Notes: generated by a model from the sequence alone, not told the origin. DNA of 64,000 bases from Syntrophomonadaceae bacterium (GCA_007135125.1 SLJK01000053.1:3974-67973), one strand, 5' to 3'; numbered from the stretch's first letter, positions 22,312-32,116 are shown. A program made the numbers and translations.

Positions 22312-22354
22312 AAGTAGGGTGCAAAAAATAATCCCCCCTATCCTGTAACACCAG
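22312..22354 (-). terminator. Probable terminator of trxA (imperfect GC-rich hairpin followed by a T-run on the minus strand)
   Basis: Minus strand CCTCCCTGCCTGG-TGTT-ACAGGATAGGGGGG then ATTATTTTTT; the stem is imperfect. Confidence 0.4.
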
Positions 22355-22397
22355 GCAGGGAGGAAAAAATGTTTCCCAAGTAGAATGTATACCAATA

Positions 22398-22730
22398 CTA
22401 TAGATTCTGCTCCACAATCCCACTGAGTTCGTCCTTTTTGCGGACACCTACCAAAGTCTCTAACACTTCGCCATTTTTAAAAAGAATCATGGTGGGGATA
22501 CTCATCACGCTATAGCGTGATGCTGTATCGGGGTTCTCGTCTACATTAACTTTGACAACTTTCAGCCTATCCTGGTACTCCTGCGCCATCTCTTCCAATA
22601 CCGGCGCTACCATACGACAAGGACCACACCAGGATGCCCAGAAATCTACCAGCACCGGAACGTTGGCTTCAATAACCTCTTCCTGAAACTGGTTGTCACT
22701 AATATCAACAGGTTTCCCGCTCATAATCAT
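22398..22730 (-). CDS. trxA: Thioredoxin
   Basis: 110 aa; WCGPC active site. Confidence 0.9.
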   Translation of the reverse strand: MIMSGKPVDISDNQFQEEVIEANVPVLVDFWASWCGPCRMVAPVLEEMAQEYQDRLKVVKVNVDENPDTASRYSVMSIPTMILFKNGEVLETLVGVRKKDELSGIVEQNL

Positions 22731-22809
22731 CCAGGTACTAAAATAATACCCGGATACACCTCCCTTCTTTTAATAATATTACCATAAATATCCCTGCTAA
22801 AAAAACTCT

Positions 22810-23745
22810 TTAACTCAAATACTTTATTGACATCGCAGCCGCTATAGCACCATCAGCAGCAGCGGTTAATACCTGACGCAGGTACTTACGACGTATATCT
22901 CCAGCAGCAAAAACCCCGGGCAATGCTGTTTCCATTTCTTCGTTGGTAATAATAAAACCTTGAGCATCTTTCTCTATACCTTCTATAAATTCGACATTCG
23001 GGATTCTTCCTACATAGAGAAAAGCTCCATCGGCAGGCAGCTCCTTAATCGAAGAATCCGCCAAATTTTCAACAATGATTTTTTCCACCTTCTGTTCTCC
23101 GCCAAACTCTTTTACAACACAATTCTTATGGAATTCGATCTTGGGGTTAGAAAACATCTTTTCCTGCAAGGACGGTATAGCCCTCAAATTTTCACGCCGG
23201 TGAATCAGATCAATTTTATCAACAAACCTGGTCAGGTAAAGTGCCTCTTCCACAGCCGAATCACCACCTCCGATTACAGCCACCCTTTTCTCCCGAAAAA
23301 AAGGGCCGTCACAGGTAGCACAGAAGGAAATTCCCCTGCCTCTAAGCTTCTCTTCTCCCGGGACTCCCAGGGTTCTGGGCGCTGTACCCGTGGCGATAAG
23401 TACAGTTCGACCGTGGAACTCTCCTTGTGCGGTAAAAACCCTTTTAATCTCTGCTTCCAATTCAACCTTTTCAACAGCTGCAAAATTCAACTCTGCGCCA
23501 AAGCGCTTTGCCTGTTTTTCCAATCGTTCTCCAAATTCTGCTCCACTAATTCCTTCGGGGAAGCCGGGGTAGTTATCTAACTGATCAGTGGCAGTGATTT
23601 CACCCCCACTAAGCATAGATTCCAGTACCAGGGTCTTTAAATTGGCACGACAGGCATAAATAGCCGCTGTAAGGCCAGCAGGTCCTGCTCCCAGAATGAT
23701 CATATCATATGTCTCGTTCTGGCTTTCTAATGAAGACAATATCAT
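22810..23745 (-). CDS. trxB: Thioredoxin-disulfide reductase
   Basis: 311 aa; FAD motif GAGPAG, redox CATC (CATCDGPF), NADPH motif GGGDSA. Confidence 0.9.
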   Translation of the reverse strand: MILSSLESQNETYDMIILGAGPAGLTAAIYACRANLKTLVLESMLSGGEITATDQLDNYPGFPEGISGAEFGERLEKQAKRFGAELNFAAVEKVELEAEIKRVFTAQGEFHGRTVLIATGTAPRTLGVPGEEKLRGRGISFCATCDGPFFREKRVAVIGGGDSAVEEALYLTRFVDKIDLIHRRENLRAIPSLQEKMFSNPKIEFHKNCVVKEFGGEQKVEKIIVENLADSSIKELPADGAFLYVGRIPNVEFIEGIEKDAQGFIITNEEMETALPGVFAAGDIRRKYLRQVLTAAADGAIAAAMSIKYLS

Positions 23746-23781
23746 AGCCCCTTTCTACTGCCATTTTTTATATTTCCTAAA

Positions 23782-24099
23782 TTATTTATTTTCAAAACCC
23801 TCTATAGATATTACTTTGTTTAGCTGGATAAGGGTGAACATTTTCATCACATAATCATTCGTAATATTTACAATCCGCAGCTCCCCTCCCCGCTCCCTGA
23901 GTTTTTTTTGGAATAAAAGCAGCTTGCCCAGGCCTGAGCTGTCTATACTCTGCACATTTGAAAAATCTATTGTTACTGTATTATAACCTTCATCATATAA
24001 AGATAAAAGTGTATTTTTGAGGTCTTGCGAATTCGTAATATCCACTCTACCCCCAGGCTTAACAACCGCTGCATTTTCTTCTTGCTTCTCAACTTCCAT
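23782..24099 (-). CDS. STAS-domain anti-sigma factor antagonist (SpoIIAA-like)
   Basis: 105 aa; STAS fold with DSSGLG phosphorylatable-serine motif. Confidence 0.75.
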   Translation of the reverse strand: MEVEKQEENAAVVKPGGRVDITNSQDLKNTLLSLYDEGYNTVTIDFSNVQSIDSSGLGKLLLFQKKLRERGGELRIVNITNDYVMKMFTLIQLNKVISIEGFENK

Positions 24100-24282
24100 G
24101 GTGAATAATCCCCCTTAAAAATAGTTAATTTGTAATTCCACAAAAATTTAAAATATCCTCCCCGTGAAAAAGAGCTATCTGAAAATCTGAAAAGTGCCTT
24201 AAGAACTTTCACTTAAAGAAGGGGAAAAGTAAACACCATAGAAGTTATGTAGAGTATATTATTGCCACAGCTTTGCAGTTAA

Positions 24283-24305
24283 TTTTCCAGATACTATCTG
24301 GAAAA
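24283..24305. promoter_or_regulatory. Perfect 10-bp palindrome TTTTCCAGAT-act-ATCTGGAAAA about 45 bp upstream of the phospho-sugar mutase start; candidate operator
   Basis: Exact reverse-complement arms read in sequence; no flanking T-run, so not a terminator. Confidence 0.35.
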
Positions 24306-24349
24306 AGTAATTCGAAACGTCTTATTTCTAAAAGGAGCCTGCATTTATA

Positions 24350-26068
24350 ATGAAAGAAACAGACTGGGAAAAGCTTTACCAGGAATGGTTAAACAGCCCC
24401 TACATTGACCTGGAGACCAAAAAAGAGCTGGAATCCCTGGCTCAATTTCCAGCCCTAATAAAGGAACGCTTCAGCGAGGAACTGGAATTTGGAACAGGAG
24501 GCCTGAGAGGTCTAACCGGGGCCGGGACCAATAGAATGAACAAATATATTGTACGCCGTGCCTCTCAGGGCCTGGCCAACTTTATTTTATCCAGGTTTCC
24601 TGAAAAAACTGATAAAAAAGTAGCTATCACGTACGACTCACGACATTTTTCTTTGGAATTTGCCCGGGAAGCAGCGCTGGTTTTTGCTGCCAACGGTATC
24701 AAGGCTCTACTTTTTGAAGAAATGCGCCCCACACCCCAGCTATCTTTTGCAATAAGAGAATTAGACTGCCTGGCCGGAATAGTGATAACTGCCAGCCACA
24801 ACCCGTCTGCATACAACGGTTACAAAGTATATGGAGCAGACGGGGGTCAGGTAGTGCCTTACCTGGCTGATCAAATTACTTCCGCTATTAGAAAGGTAAA
24901 TTTTTTCAACGGAGTTAAAACCATGACCCGTCAAGAAGCAGAGGATAATGGGCTTCTGGCCATGATCAGCAGTGATTTCGATAATACTTACCTGGAAAAA
25001 GTAAAAGCACTTGCTTTTCAAGAGGGTAACAAACACTTAAAAATAGTATACTCTCCCCTTCACGGCACGGGTATTTTTCTGATTCCACGAATGCTAAAAG
25101 AATTAGGTTATTCCCAGGTATTTGTCGTTGAAGAACAGGCCCGTCCCGATCCTGATTTCAGCACGGTGCGGTATCCTAATCCGGAAGATAAAGAGGCTTT
25201 TGCCCTGGCCCTTGATCTATCTTCTAAGAAGGAAGCTGACTTAGTTCTGGCTACTGATCCTGATGCAGATAGAGTCGGTTGTGCTGTGAAAAATGAAGCA
25301 GGAAACTATACCCTTTTAAGCGGCAATCAGTTGGGAGCGTTATTGCTGGATTATATACTTAAACAGCTCCAAGCAACAGGTATGCTGCCCCCTGACGGGG
25401 CAATGGTTAAAACGATCGTTACCAGCAACCTGGGCAGGGAAATTGCCAATTATTACGGGATTGAAACAGTGGAAACTCTGACAGGATTCAAATATATCGG
25501 AGAAAAGATTAAAGAATTCGAAGAAAAAAAAGAGCGCCAGTTTCTCTTCGGTTACGAAGAGAGCTTTGGTTATCTGTGCGGCACTTTTGTGCGTGACAAA
25601 GATGCGGTAATTGCCTCCCTCCTCACTGCGGATATGCTAAACTATTATCAAAAAGAAGGCAAAAACATACTTTCAGTACTGGAAGATATATACCTTAAAT
25701 ACGGCTATTTTGTGGAAGACCTCCACGCTGTGGAATTTGAAAAAACGTCCCAAATGAAGAGCATGCTGGCCAAATTCAGGGAAACACAGCTGGAAAATAT
25801 ATCCGGGCTCCGCGTAGTTGAAAAAAGAGACTACAAGCAGCGCCTCAAATGGAAGCTGTCAGAAAAAACCAAGGAAGAACTAAGCCTCCCCTCATCTGAC
25901 ACCCTCTACTATGTGCTGCAGGACGGATCCTGGTTTTGTATCCGCCCCTCCGGAACAGAGCCAAAGGTGAAGCTTTACTTTTCTGTTAAGGGCAATTCAC
26001 GAAAGGAAGCAGAGCAAAAATTGGACCACTTGAAAAATGACATTTTAAACTTCGCAAGCAAACGATAG
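24350..26068 (+). CDS. pgcA: Phosphoglucomutase/phosphomannomutase family phospho-sugar mutase
   Basis: 572 aa; active-site TASHNP motif, alpha-D-phosphohexomutase domains. Confidence 0.8.
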   Translation: MKETDWEKLYQEWLNSPYIDLETKKELESLAQFPALIKERFSEELEFGTGGLRGLTGAGTNRMNKYIVRRASQGLANFILSRFPEKTDKKVAITYDSRHFSLEFAREAALVFAANGIKALLFEEMRPTPQLSFAIRELDCLAGIVITASHNPSAYNGYKVYGADGGQVVPYLADQITSAIRKVNFFNGVKTMTRQEAEDNGLLAMISSDFDNTYLEKVKALAFQEGNKHLKIVYSPLHGTGIFLIPRMLKELGYSQVFVVEEQARPDPDFSTVRYPNPEDKEAFALALDLSSKKEADLVLATDPDADRVGCAVKNEAGNYTLLSGNQLGALLLDYILKQLQATGMLPPDGAMVKTIVTSNLGREIANYYGIETVETLTGFKYIGEKIKEFEEKKERQFLFGYEESFGYLCGTFVRDKDAVIASLLTADMLNYYQKEGKNILSVLEDIYLKYGYFVEDLHAVEFEKTSQMKSMLAKFRETQLENISGLRVVEKRDYKQRLKWKLSEKTKEELSLPSSDTLYYVLQDGSWFCIRPSGTEPKVKLYFSVKGNSRKEAEQKLDHLKNDILNFASKR

Positions 26069-26111
26069 TCAACAATAGCCAACGATAAATCTTCTTTTTT
26101 AATTTCTGTAT

Positions 26112-26140
26112 TCGACAAAGTGTCTTTTCTATGCTATAAT
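26112..26140 (+). promoter_or_regulatory. SigmaA-type promoter (TCGACA -17 bp- TATAAT) for the nfu-thiI-nifS operon
   Basis: -35 at 26112-26117, 17-nt spacer, perfect TATAAT at 26135-26140; about 135-nt leader. Confidence 0.55.
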
Positions 26141-26275
26141 TAAGCCAGTTGCATCCCAGAAAGACAAATAAGATATAGTGAAAAAATAAGGAATTACGCT
26201 GAAAAACAACTGTTTACTTTTTGGGACTACAGCATAAATAATAATTATCAGAAAACTAAGGAGGTTTTATTCCCA

Positions 26276-26497
26276 ATGAGAGAGAAAGTGGAAACTGCCC
26301 TGGAAAAAATCCGTCCCGCCCTTCAGGCCGATGGCGGAGATGTATCCCTAATTGCAGTTGAAGAGGACGGTACTGTTAAGGTACAGTTAACCGGCGCCTG
26401 CGGGAGCTGCCCCATGTCTACCATGACCCTGAAGCAGGGTATTGAAAGGCTGCTTAAAGAACAGGTTCCCGGTGTTAAAGAAGTCCTCCAAGTTTAA
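26276..26497 (+). CDS. nfuA: NifU-like (Nfu-type) Fe-S cluster assembly protein
   Basis: 73 aa; Nfu C-terminal domain with CGSCP motif. Confidence 0.8.
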   Translation: MREKVETALEKIRPALQADGGDVSLIAVEEDGTVKVQLTGACGSCPMSTMTLKQGIERLLKEQVPGVKEVLQV

Positions 26498-26535
26498 ATA
26501 ATCTATCCCAAATACGCTCTATTCAATAGTTACTT

Positions 26536-26562
26536 AAAAGCCGGAACTCTCCGGCTTTTTTT
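26536..26562 (+). terminator. Rho-independent terminator after the nfu-like gene (GCCGGA-actc-TCCGGC + T7)
   Basis: Perfect 6-bp stem and T-run read in sequence; possibly leaky (thiI follows). Confidence 0.65.
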
Positions 26563-26677
26563 ATATATGAGTTGATTATATGCTGCTTATCTGGCACAAT
26601 AAAAAGAGAAATTATTAATCCAGGAAAAAGCCACATTATAAATTGCAACAGGCCCATAACCAGGAAGGAATTATCTT

Positions 26678-27856
26678 ATGGCCCTTTTACTGATTCGTTA
26701 CGGGGAAATTGCCCTTAAAGGCAAAAACAGGCCTTTTTTCGAAAAAAAACTGCATAAAAATATTCGGAACACCTTAAAGGGCCTGGAGCCTTTCCAGGTT
26801 ACTTTTGAAAAAGGCCGCTACTTTATCTCCATTCCTTCTGAAAAAATATCTCAAGCCCAGGAAAGGCTGCAGAAGGTTTTCGGAATCATTTCCATCTCCA
26901 GAGCAGTAAGAGTAAGCCTGGACCTTCAAGAAATATGCGCTGAGGCACTGCAATTGTTAAAAGACAATTATAAGCCGGGGATGAGCTTTAAAGTTAACAC
27001 GCGCCGTTCCAACAAATCTTTTCACCTTACTTCACCAAAAATAAACAGCACTGTCGGAGCGTATATTTTAGAGAGTGGACTGGATATTCAGGTAGATGTT
27101 CATAACCCTCAGCTGCTGCTTACAGTTGAAATAAGAAACAAAGGTGCTTACCTTTGCGCAGCAGAAGCCGCTGGCCCCGGTGGACTCCCTGTAGGTGTAA
27201 ACGGCAAAGGGATACTGCTGCTTTCAGGAGGTCTTGACAGCCCGGTGGCCGGATGGATGGCTTTGAAAAGGGGAATAGAGCTAGAGGCACTCTACTTTCA
27301 TAGCCCGCCCTTTACAGGAGAAGGCGCTGTCAATAAAGCAGTTGATCTATGCAAAGTACTGGCCACTTACGGGGACCCCCTGTATCTTCACCTTGCCCCC
27401 TTCACAGAACTGCAGAAACAGATCCGGCTTAACTGTCCTGAATCCCTGATGATCACGCTGATGCGAAGATCCATGCTCCGTGTTGCTGATAAACTTGCTT
27501 ATCAAAGGAAAGCGGGTGTGCTTTTTACCGGCGAAAGTCTGGGGCAGGTTTCCAGCCAGACACTGGAAAACCTTGCGGCCACTAATGAGGTCGCCTCTTT
27601 ACCCATCTTAAGACCCCTGATCGGATTCGACAAAGAGGAAATTATTGACCGTGCCCGAAAAATTGAATCCTACGATATATCTACACGCCCCTTTGAAGAT
27701 TGCTGCACCCTTTTTGTGCCTCCACATCCCGCAACCAGGCCTTCTATTGCTGAACTTCAAGAGGCTGAAAAAGTGATTCCCCTCAAAGAACTGGAAGAAT
27801 CCTGCCTGGGAAACATAGAAACAATAAAGATTTTACCGCGGGGAGGAGAAAGGTAA
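26678..27856 (+). CDS. thiI: tRNA 4-thiouridine(8) synthase ThiI
   Basis: 392 aa; THUMP domain and PP-loop (SGGLDSPVA). Confidence 0.9.
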   Translation: MALLLIRYGEIALKGKNRPFFEKKLHKNIRNTLKGLEPFQVTFEKGRYFISIPSEKISQAQERLQKVFGIISISRAVRVSLDLQEICAEALQLLKDNYKPGMSFKVNTRRSNKSFHLTSPKINSTVGAYILESGLDIQVDVHNPQLLLTVEIRNKGAYLCAAEAAGPGGLPVGVNGKGILLLSGGLDSPVAGWMALKRGIELEALYFHSPPFTGEGAVNKAVDLCKVLATYGDPLYLHLAPFTELQKQIRLNCPESLMITLMRRSMLRVADKLAYQRKAGVLFTGESLGQVSSQTLENLAATNEVASLPILRPLIGFDKEEIIDRARKIESYDISTRPFEDCCTLFVPPHPATRPSIAELQEAEKVIPLKELEESCLGNIETIKILPRGGER

Positions 27857-27859
27857 GAA

Positions 27860-29023
27860 ATGATGGCCCGGGAAGTATACCTCGATAACAGCTCTACTAC
27901 CCCCATGCACCCCGAGGTGCTAAAAGAAATGCAAACTTTACTGGAAAGAAAATACGGAAACCCTTCCTCCCTGCACCGCCTGGGTAACGATGCTGAAAGA
28001 ACTCTTAGTTCTTCTCGCCAGCTGTTGGCAGAACAGCTGGGGGTAAAAAGTGGGGAAATTTATTTTACTTCCGGCGGGACAGAATCCAACAATATGGCTC
28101 TAGCGGGGATAGCCCGCCGCAATTACAGGCGCGGCAAGCACCTGTTAACTTCCAAAATAGAACATCCCTCTGTGCTGGAACCACTAAAAAAACTAGAAGT
28201 GGAAGGTTTTCAGGTTACTTACCTTGAACCTGACCGTAATGGCCTTCTTGACCCTTTTCAGCTTGCCGAAACAGTAACCCCAAAAACAATACTGGTAAGC
28301 GTAATGCACGTCAATAATGAAATCGGCACCATCCAGCCTATCGCAGAAATTGCGGCCGCTATCAAACGAAAAAATCCACAAACCATAGTACATGTGGATG
28401 CGGTACAGTCATTTACAAGGCTTCCTCTATCCCCACGAGAACAGGGGATAGATGTTCTCAGCATAAGTGCCCATAAATTTCACGGACCCAAAGGTACCGG
28501 CGCCCTTTATATCCGTGGAGGTATACTGGTGGAGCCATTATTAGCAGGAGGCGAGCAAGAAAAGGGATTGCGGGCAGGCACAGAGAATACACCCGGCATC
28601 GCTGCCATGGCTTTGGCGGCCCGTCTGAACAGTGAGAACAGGAAAGAGAAAACCGCCCAGTCGAAAATTTTCAAGGAAAAGATGCTATCCTCTATTGAAA
28701 CGGCACATCCCTGGGCACAGATCAACGGCCCACGTAAAGCCGAAGGTGTACCTAATATACTCAATATTTCTTTCCCGGGGCTTAAAGGAGAAATTATCCT
28801 GCACGCCCTGGAAGAACATAATATTTTTGTTTCTACCGGCTCTGCCTGCCATTCCAGAAAAAATAAGCCCAGCCATGTTCTGGAAGCGATCGGCGCAGAA
28901 AAGGCCGCCCTGGATGGAGCTATTAGAATAAGCTTTTCCAGTATGAATACCCCGGAAGAAATAGAGTACGCCGCTTCCAAAATTCCGCAGGTTATTTCGG
29001 AACTTAAAGCTTTTATGAGCTAA
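27860..29023 (+). CDS. nifS: Cysteine desulfurase (NifS/IscS class, NifZ-like partner of ThiI)
   Basis: 387 aa; PLP-lysine motif (SISAHKFHGPKG), active Cys loop (STGSACHS). Confidence 0.85.
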   Translation: MMAREVYLDNSSTTPMHPEVLKEMQTLLERKYGNPSSLHRLGNDAERTLSSSRQLLAEQLGVKSGEIYFTSGGTESNNMALAGIARRNYRRGKHLLTSKIEHPSVLEPLKKLEVEGFQVTYLEPDRNGLLDPFQLAETVTPKTILVSVMHVNNEIGTIQPIAEIAAAIKRKNPQTIVHVDAVQSFTRLPLSPREQGIDVLSISAHKFHGPKGTGALYIRGGILVEPLLAGGEQEKGLRAGTENTPGIAAMALAARLNSENRKEKTAQSKIFKEKMLSSIETAHPWAQINGPRKAEGVPNILNISFPGLKGEIILHALEEHNIFVSTGSACHSRKNKPSHVLEAIGAEKAALDGAIRISFSSMNTPEEIEYAASKIPQVISELKAFMS

Positions 29024-29329
29024 AAGGTTGTTCACCTAGAATACTTTTATAATGCAGAGTAGCGTTAAAATAGCTCTTTTTTTGTTGCAATAAATTTAAG
29101 ACACACTCTCTCAAATGAAGGAACGATAGAGATCTTGTAAATTTTACACGACTAGAAAATTATGATAAGATAAATATAAAGAAGGTTGAATAATGAAAAT
29201 TCTTTTGGCAAGAGATTCAAATAGGTGGTAGCAACTGCTTAGCTAACCATTCATCTCCACAAAATCTAAGAAAAATGGAAAGATCAAAAGCATAATTGTA
29301 AAATAATGAGATAGGGAGGTGACGCAAAG

Positions 29330-29416
29330 GTGGATTGGAATATTATTTTTATCGGCTTATTCATCATGGCACTTATCATAAGTATAATAGTAGCAAAAGA
29401 TAATCCCACCGATTAA
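29330..29416 (+). CDS. 28-aa hydrophobic small protein (MDWNIIFIGLFIMALIISIIVAKDNPTD), GTG start with strong SD
   Basis: RBS AGGGAGGTGA 8 nt upstream of the GTG; single predicted TM helix; located in the convergent intergenic region between nifS and uspA. Confidence 0.35.
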   Translation: MDWNIIFIGLFIMALIISIIVAKDNPTD

Positions 29417-29493
29417 ACTTAAGGTAAACCGTATTCCGACATTATTTGCCATACTCCCCCCAAAAAGCTTATTATTGCTTTCCTGGCTGAAGT

Positions 29494-29958
29494 TTATTTA
29501 ACAACCAACACCTTTTTTTCACAATTCTGCACGACTGCATTACTAACACTTCCCAGCATTATACCCCAACCATCTCCTCTGCCTCTACTGCCAATTACAA
29601 CCAAATCAAAATTTCCTTTTGTAGCTGCCTCACATATAGTTTTTGCAGGGTGCCCTTCTTTTAACATTGTACTTACCTCAATATTTTTTCTTTTAAAAAC
29701 CTCTGCAGCGGTCTCCAAAACCTTTTTTCTTTCTTTACTCTCCTTCTCATCCAGGTTTTCCAAATGTTTACGCATTTCCGTTTCAGTTACGGCTGATTCA
29801 CCATCAGATAAATACCACGATGATTTAGCATATTTTCTCTTATACGTATGAAGCAGTGTAATAACAGCAACTTCTTTCATAGCCTCAGCAAGTTTGGCCG
29901 CTTCTTCTACCACTCGATTACTATTTTCAGAACCATCTGTGCAAACTAAAATTTTCAT
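29494..29958 (-). CDS. Universal stress protein (UspA family)
   Basis: 154 aa; Usp ATP-binding motif (VVIGSRGRG...GSVS). Confidence 0.85.
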   Translation of the reverse strand: MKILVCTDGSENSNRVVEEAAKLAEAMKEVAVITLLHTYKRKYAKSSWYLSDGESAVTETEMRKHLENLDEKESKERKKVLETAAEVFKRKNIEVSTMLKEGHPAKTICEAATKGNFDLVVIGSRGRGDGWGIMLGSVSNAVVQNCEKKVLVVK

Positions 29959-30059
29959 AGAAGTATTCCTCCTTTCCCATATTATCTGTCAAAGCAGGTT
30001 GTTATTTTAATTCCATAATTATTCGAATAATCCTGCCTGTTACAAATTAACGCTATTAA

Positions 30060-31448
30060 CTAACGATAGGATAGAATATCGCCTTCCGCCTTTTTTCCCA
30101 CCCTAACGTTACCGTCCTTAAATTCATTGGCCAGTTTTATCCAGCGACATGAAAGAATGTCAAGGTGTTCAGCAATATCCCCTTCCAAAGTTTGTTCTGC
30201 ACCCGGATGTGTTGGAAAAGCTCCGCAATCTTTGATCATCCTTCTAAGAGATGCAGGTGCATCTATTATAGGACAGGGAGCCAGATGGTTGTCGTTAAAG
30301 GGTTGTTCTTTCTGATAAGCTTTAAAAAAAGGATTCAATAAAACCTCTTTCAGGCTTTTCCCTTTGATGTTATCTACAGCAAAATGCACAAAAGCACACG
30401 GCTCCACATCACCTGCTGCATTTATATGAAAGTATTGCCTCCCTCCGGCAATACACCCTTTTGTATACTCTCCATCGTTCCAAAAGTCTGCAATAAATAT
30501 GGGCTTGTTTTTTCTCAGTTCCCTAATCCTTTTTACCAACCAGAGCCTTTGTTCCGGCGTAATCATCAGGTCAATATTAGGGTTTCGCCCTACAGGAATA
30601 TAGTGAAAGGACCAGATATAAATAATCCCCTTCTCGATGAGAAAATCAATAAATTCATCGCTGAAAAGCTCATATACATTTTTCGTGGTAACTGTTAGTG
30701 AAGCTCCGCTAAAAACCCCTCTTTCACGCAGGAGATCCATTGAATTGATCGCCTTATCAAAAGTACCCGCTCCCCTGCGAGCGTCAGTGCTATCACGCCA
30801 ACCTTCAAGACTTATGGTAGGCGTGAGGTTAGCCAGTTCCGCAAGACGATCTGCCGTTTTTTCATCAATCAGTGTTCCATTAGTATATACCATGAATACT
30901 GAATCTGTATGCTCAGCAGCTATTTCCAGCAGGTACGGATAGCAAAAAGGTTCTCCTCCTGAAAGAACAATCCAGTGTATACCCAGTTCCCTCGCTTCTG
31001 TTATAATGCGGTTTAAAAGCTCTGGTTCCAGGCGGTCAACCTTGTTGTATTCACCAGCCCAGCAACCCTCACAGCGCAGATTGCAGGCGGAAGTAGGATC
31101 AATCAGAATTAAGCAGGGAACGGAAACACCCATTTCACTGGATATTTTTTCCCTTTTGGAACGGCCCAGAAAGGTGCCATTTATTACCCAGGAATTGATG
31201 GCATTAGATAACATCCTAGGATTACAAACGATTCGCTGTGCCTGTTCCATAACAGGTAAATTATCTTGGAAATGATTTTTTAAGGATCTCACAATATTAA
31301 TATGCTCAGGAATTACAGCTACCTTTTCCAAAAAATTTAATATAGTAAATATATTTTTTTGCGGTTCCCTGGAAATATAACCGATAGCCTTCTCTACAGC
31401 ATACTCAGCAGCCTGCTTCTTAACCGATTCGAATGCCACCTTCCTCAT
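30060..31448 (-). CDS. Radical SAM/SPASM-domain protein with about 110-aa N-terminal extension (RRE-like); maturase-type enzyme of unknown substrate
   Basis: 462 aa; CNLRCEGC (CxxxCxxC) at residues about 121-128; C-terminal SPASM-like Cys motifs (CIAGGRQYFHINAAGDVEPCAFVHF, CPIID, CGAF). Confidence 0.75.
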   Translation of the reverse strand: MRKVAFESVKKQAAEYAVEKAIGYISREPQKNIFTILNFLEKVAVIPEHINIVRSLKNHFQDNLPVMEQAQRIVCNPRMLSNAINSWVINGTFLGRSKREKISSEMGVSVPCLILIDPTSACNLRCEGCWAGEYNKVDRLEPELLNRIITEARELGIHWIVLSGGEPFCYPYLLEIAAEHTDSVFMVYTNGTLIDEKTADRLAELANLTPTISLEGWRDSTDARRGAGTFDKAINSMDLLRERGVFSGASLTVTTKNVYELFSDEFIDFLIEKGIIYIWSFHYIPVGRNPNIDLMITPEQRLWLVKRIRELRKNKPIFIADFWNDGEYTKGCIAGGRQYFHINAAGDVEPCAFVHFAVDNIKGKSLKEVLLNPFFKAYQKEQPFNDNHLAPCPIIDAPASLRRMIKDCGAFPTHPGAEQTLEGDIAEHLDILSCRWIKLANEFKDGNVRVGKKAEGDILSYR

Positions 31449-31544
31449 CCTCCTTCTTTGCTGTTTTACATTTGCTATTTACTCAACCGAAAAGTCTTCT
31501 AGATCGTTTAGCAATCCAAACTTCGGGGCAACATCAAAAAAATT

Positions 31545-31979
31545 TCACTTATTATCTCGACATTGTTCACAATAACCAAAAAAACGAGTGGAGGAAGAAA
31601 CCACCAGAAAGTTTGTCTTACCATGCGATGGAGGAGTTACATTCCTTGAGTCTGATTCCAATATTTTACCGCAAGAAAGACAGATGAGGTGATTATGCCG
31701 GCCATCTCTTTTGAGTTCATAGCGGATGCGGCCATCCTCCAGAACTAGGGATTGTACGATAGAAAGCCTGGAGAAAAGCTCTAATGTTCGGTAGACCGTG
31801 GCTAACCCAAGTTGGGGACAATTATTTTTAGCTATACGGTATATTTCTTCCGCAGTTAGATGCTCTTCCTCTTTGCTGCCATATAGAACAAGCAGAACAG
31901 ATTTACGTTGAGGAGTAAGACGAAATTTGCTTTCTACAAGTTTTTCTGTCCCTGGAATTTTTTCGCAACGTGAAGACAT
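31545..31979 (-). CDS. Fur-family metalloregulator (Fur/PerR/Zur type)
   Basis: 144 aa; winged-HTH N-terminus; HNHLICLSCGKI and CEQC structural Cys pairs. Confidence 0.85.
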   Translation of the reverse strand: MSSRCEKIPGTEKLVESKFRLTPQRKSVLLVLYGSKEEEHLTAEEIYRIAKNNCPQLGLATVYRTLELFSRLSIVQSLVLEDGRIRYELKRDGRHNHLICLSCGKILESDSRNVTPPSHGKTNFLVVSSSTRFFGYCEQCRDNK

Positions 31980-32069
31980 AAATTTAATCCTCCCTGCTTA
32001 TATAGCTTGATCCTACCGAACAATAGAGCTAGTAAAAAATTGCTTTTCTTAGATTTACTGATAGGAATA

Positions 32070-32116
32070 GGTGACTGTTCAATCATCTTGGCTTCGATTA
32101 TGATAGAACAGTCACC
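32070..32116 (-). repeat. Strong stem-loop (11-bp perfect arms GGTGACTGTTC/GAACAGTCACC with extended imperfect pairing) between the DUF5320 gene and fur
   Basis: Exact reverse-complement arms read in sequence; no adjacent U-tract. Confidence 0.55.

Noticed and set aside
22112-22397. T-box or S-box leader upstream of the NSS transporter
   Set aside because: No T-box (AAUUAGGGUGGUACCGCG-like) or specifier-loop architecture and no S-box core could be recognised; only terminator and promoter-like elements were retained.
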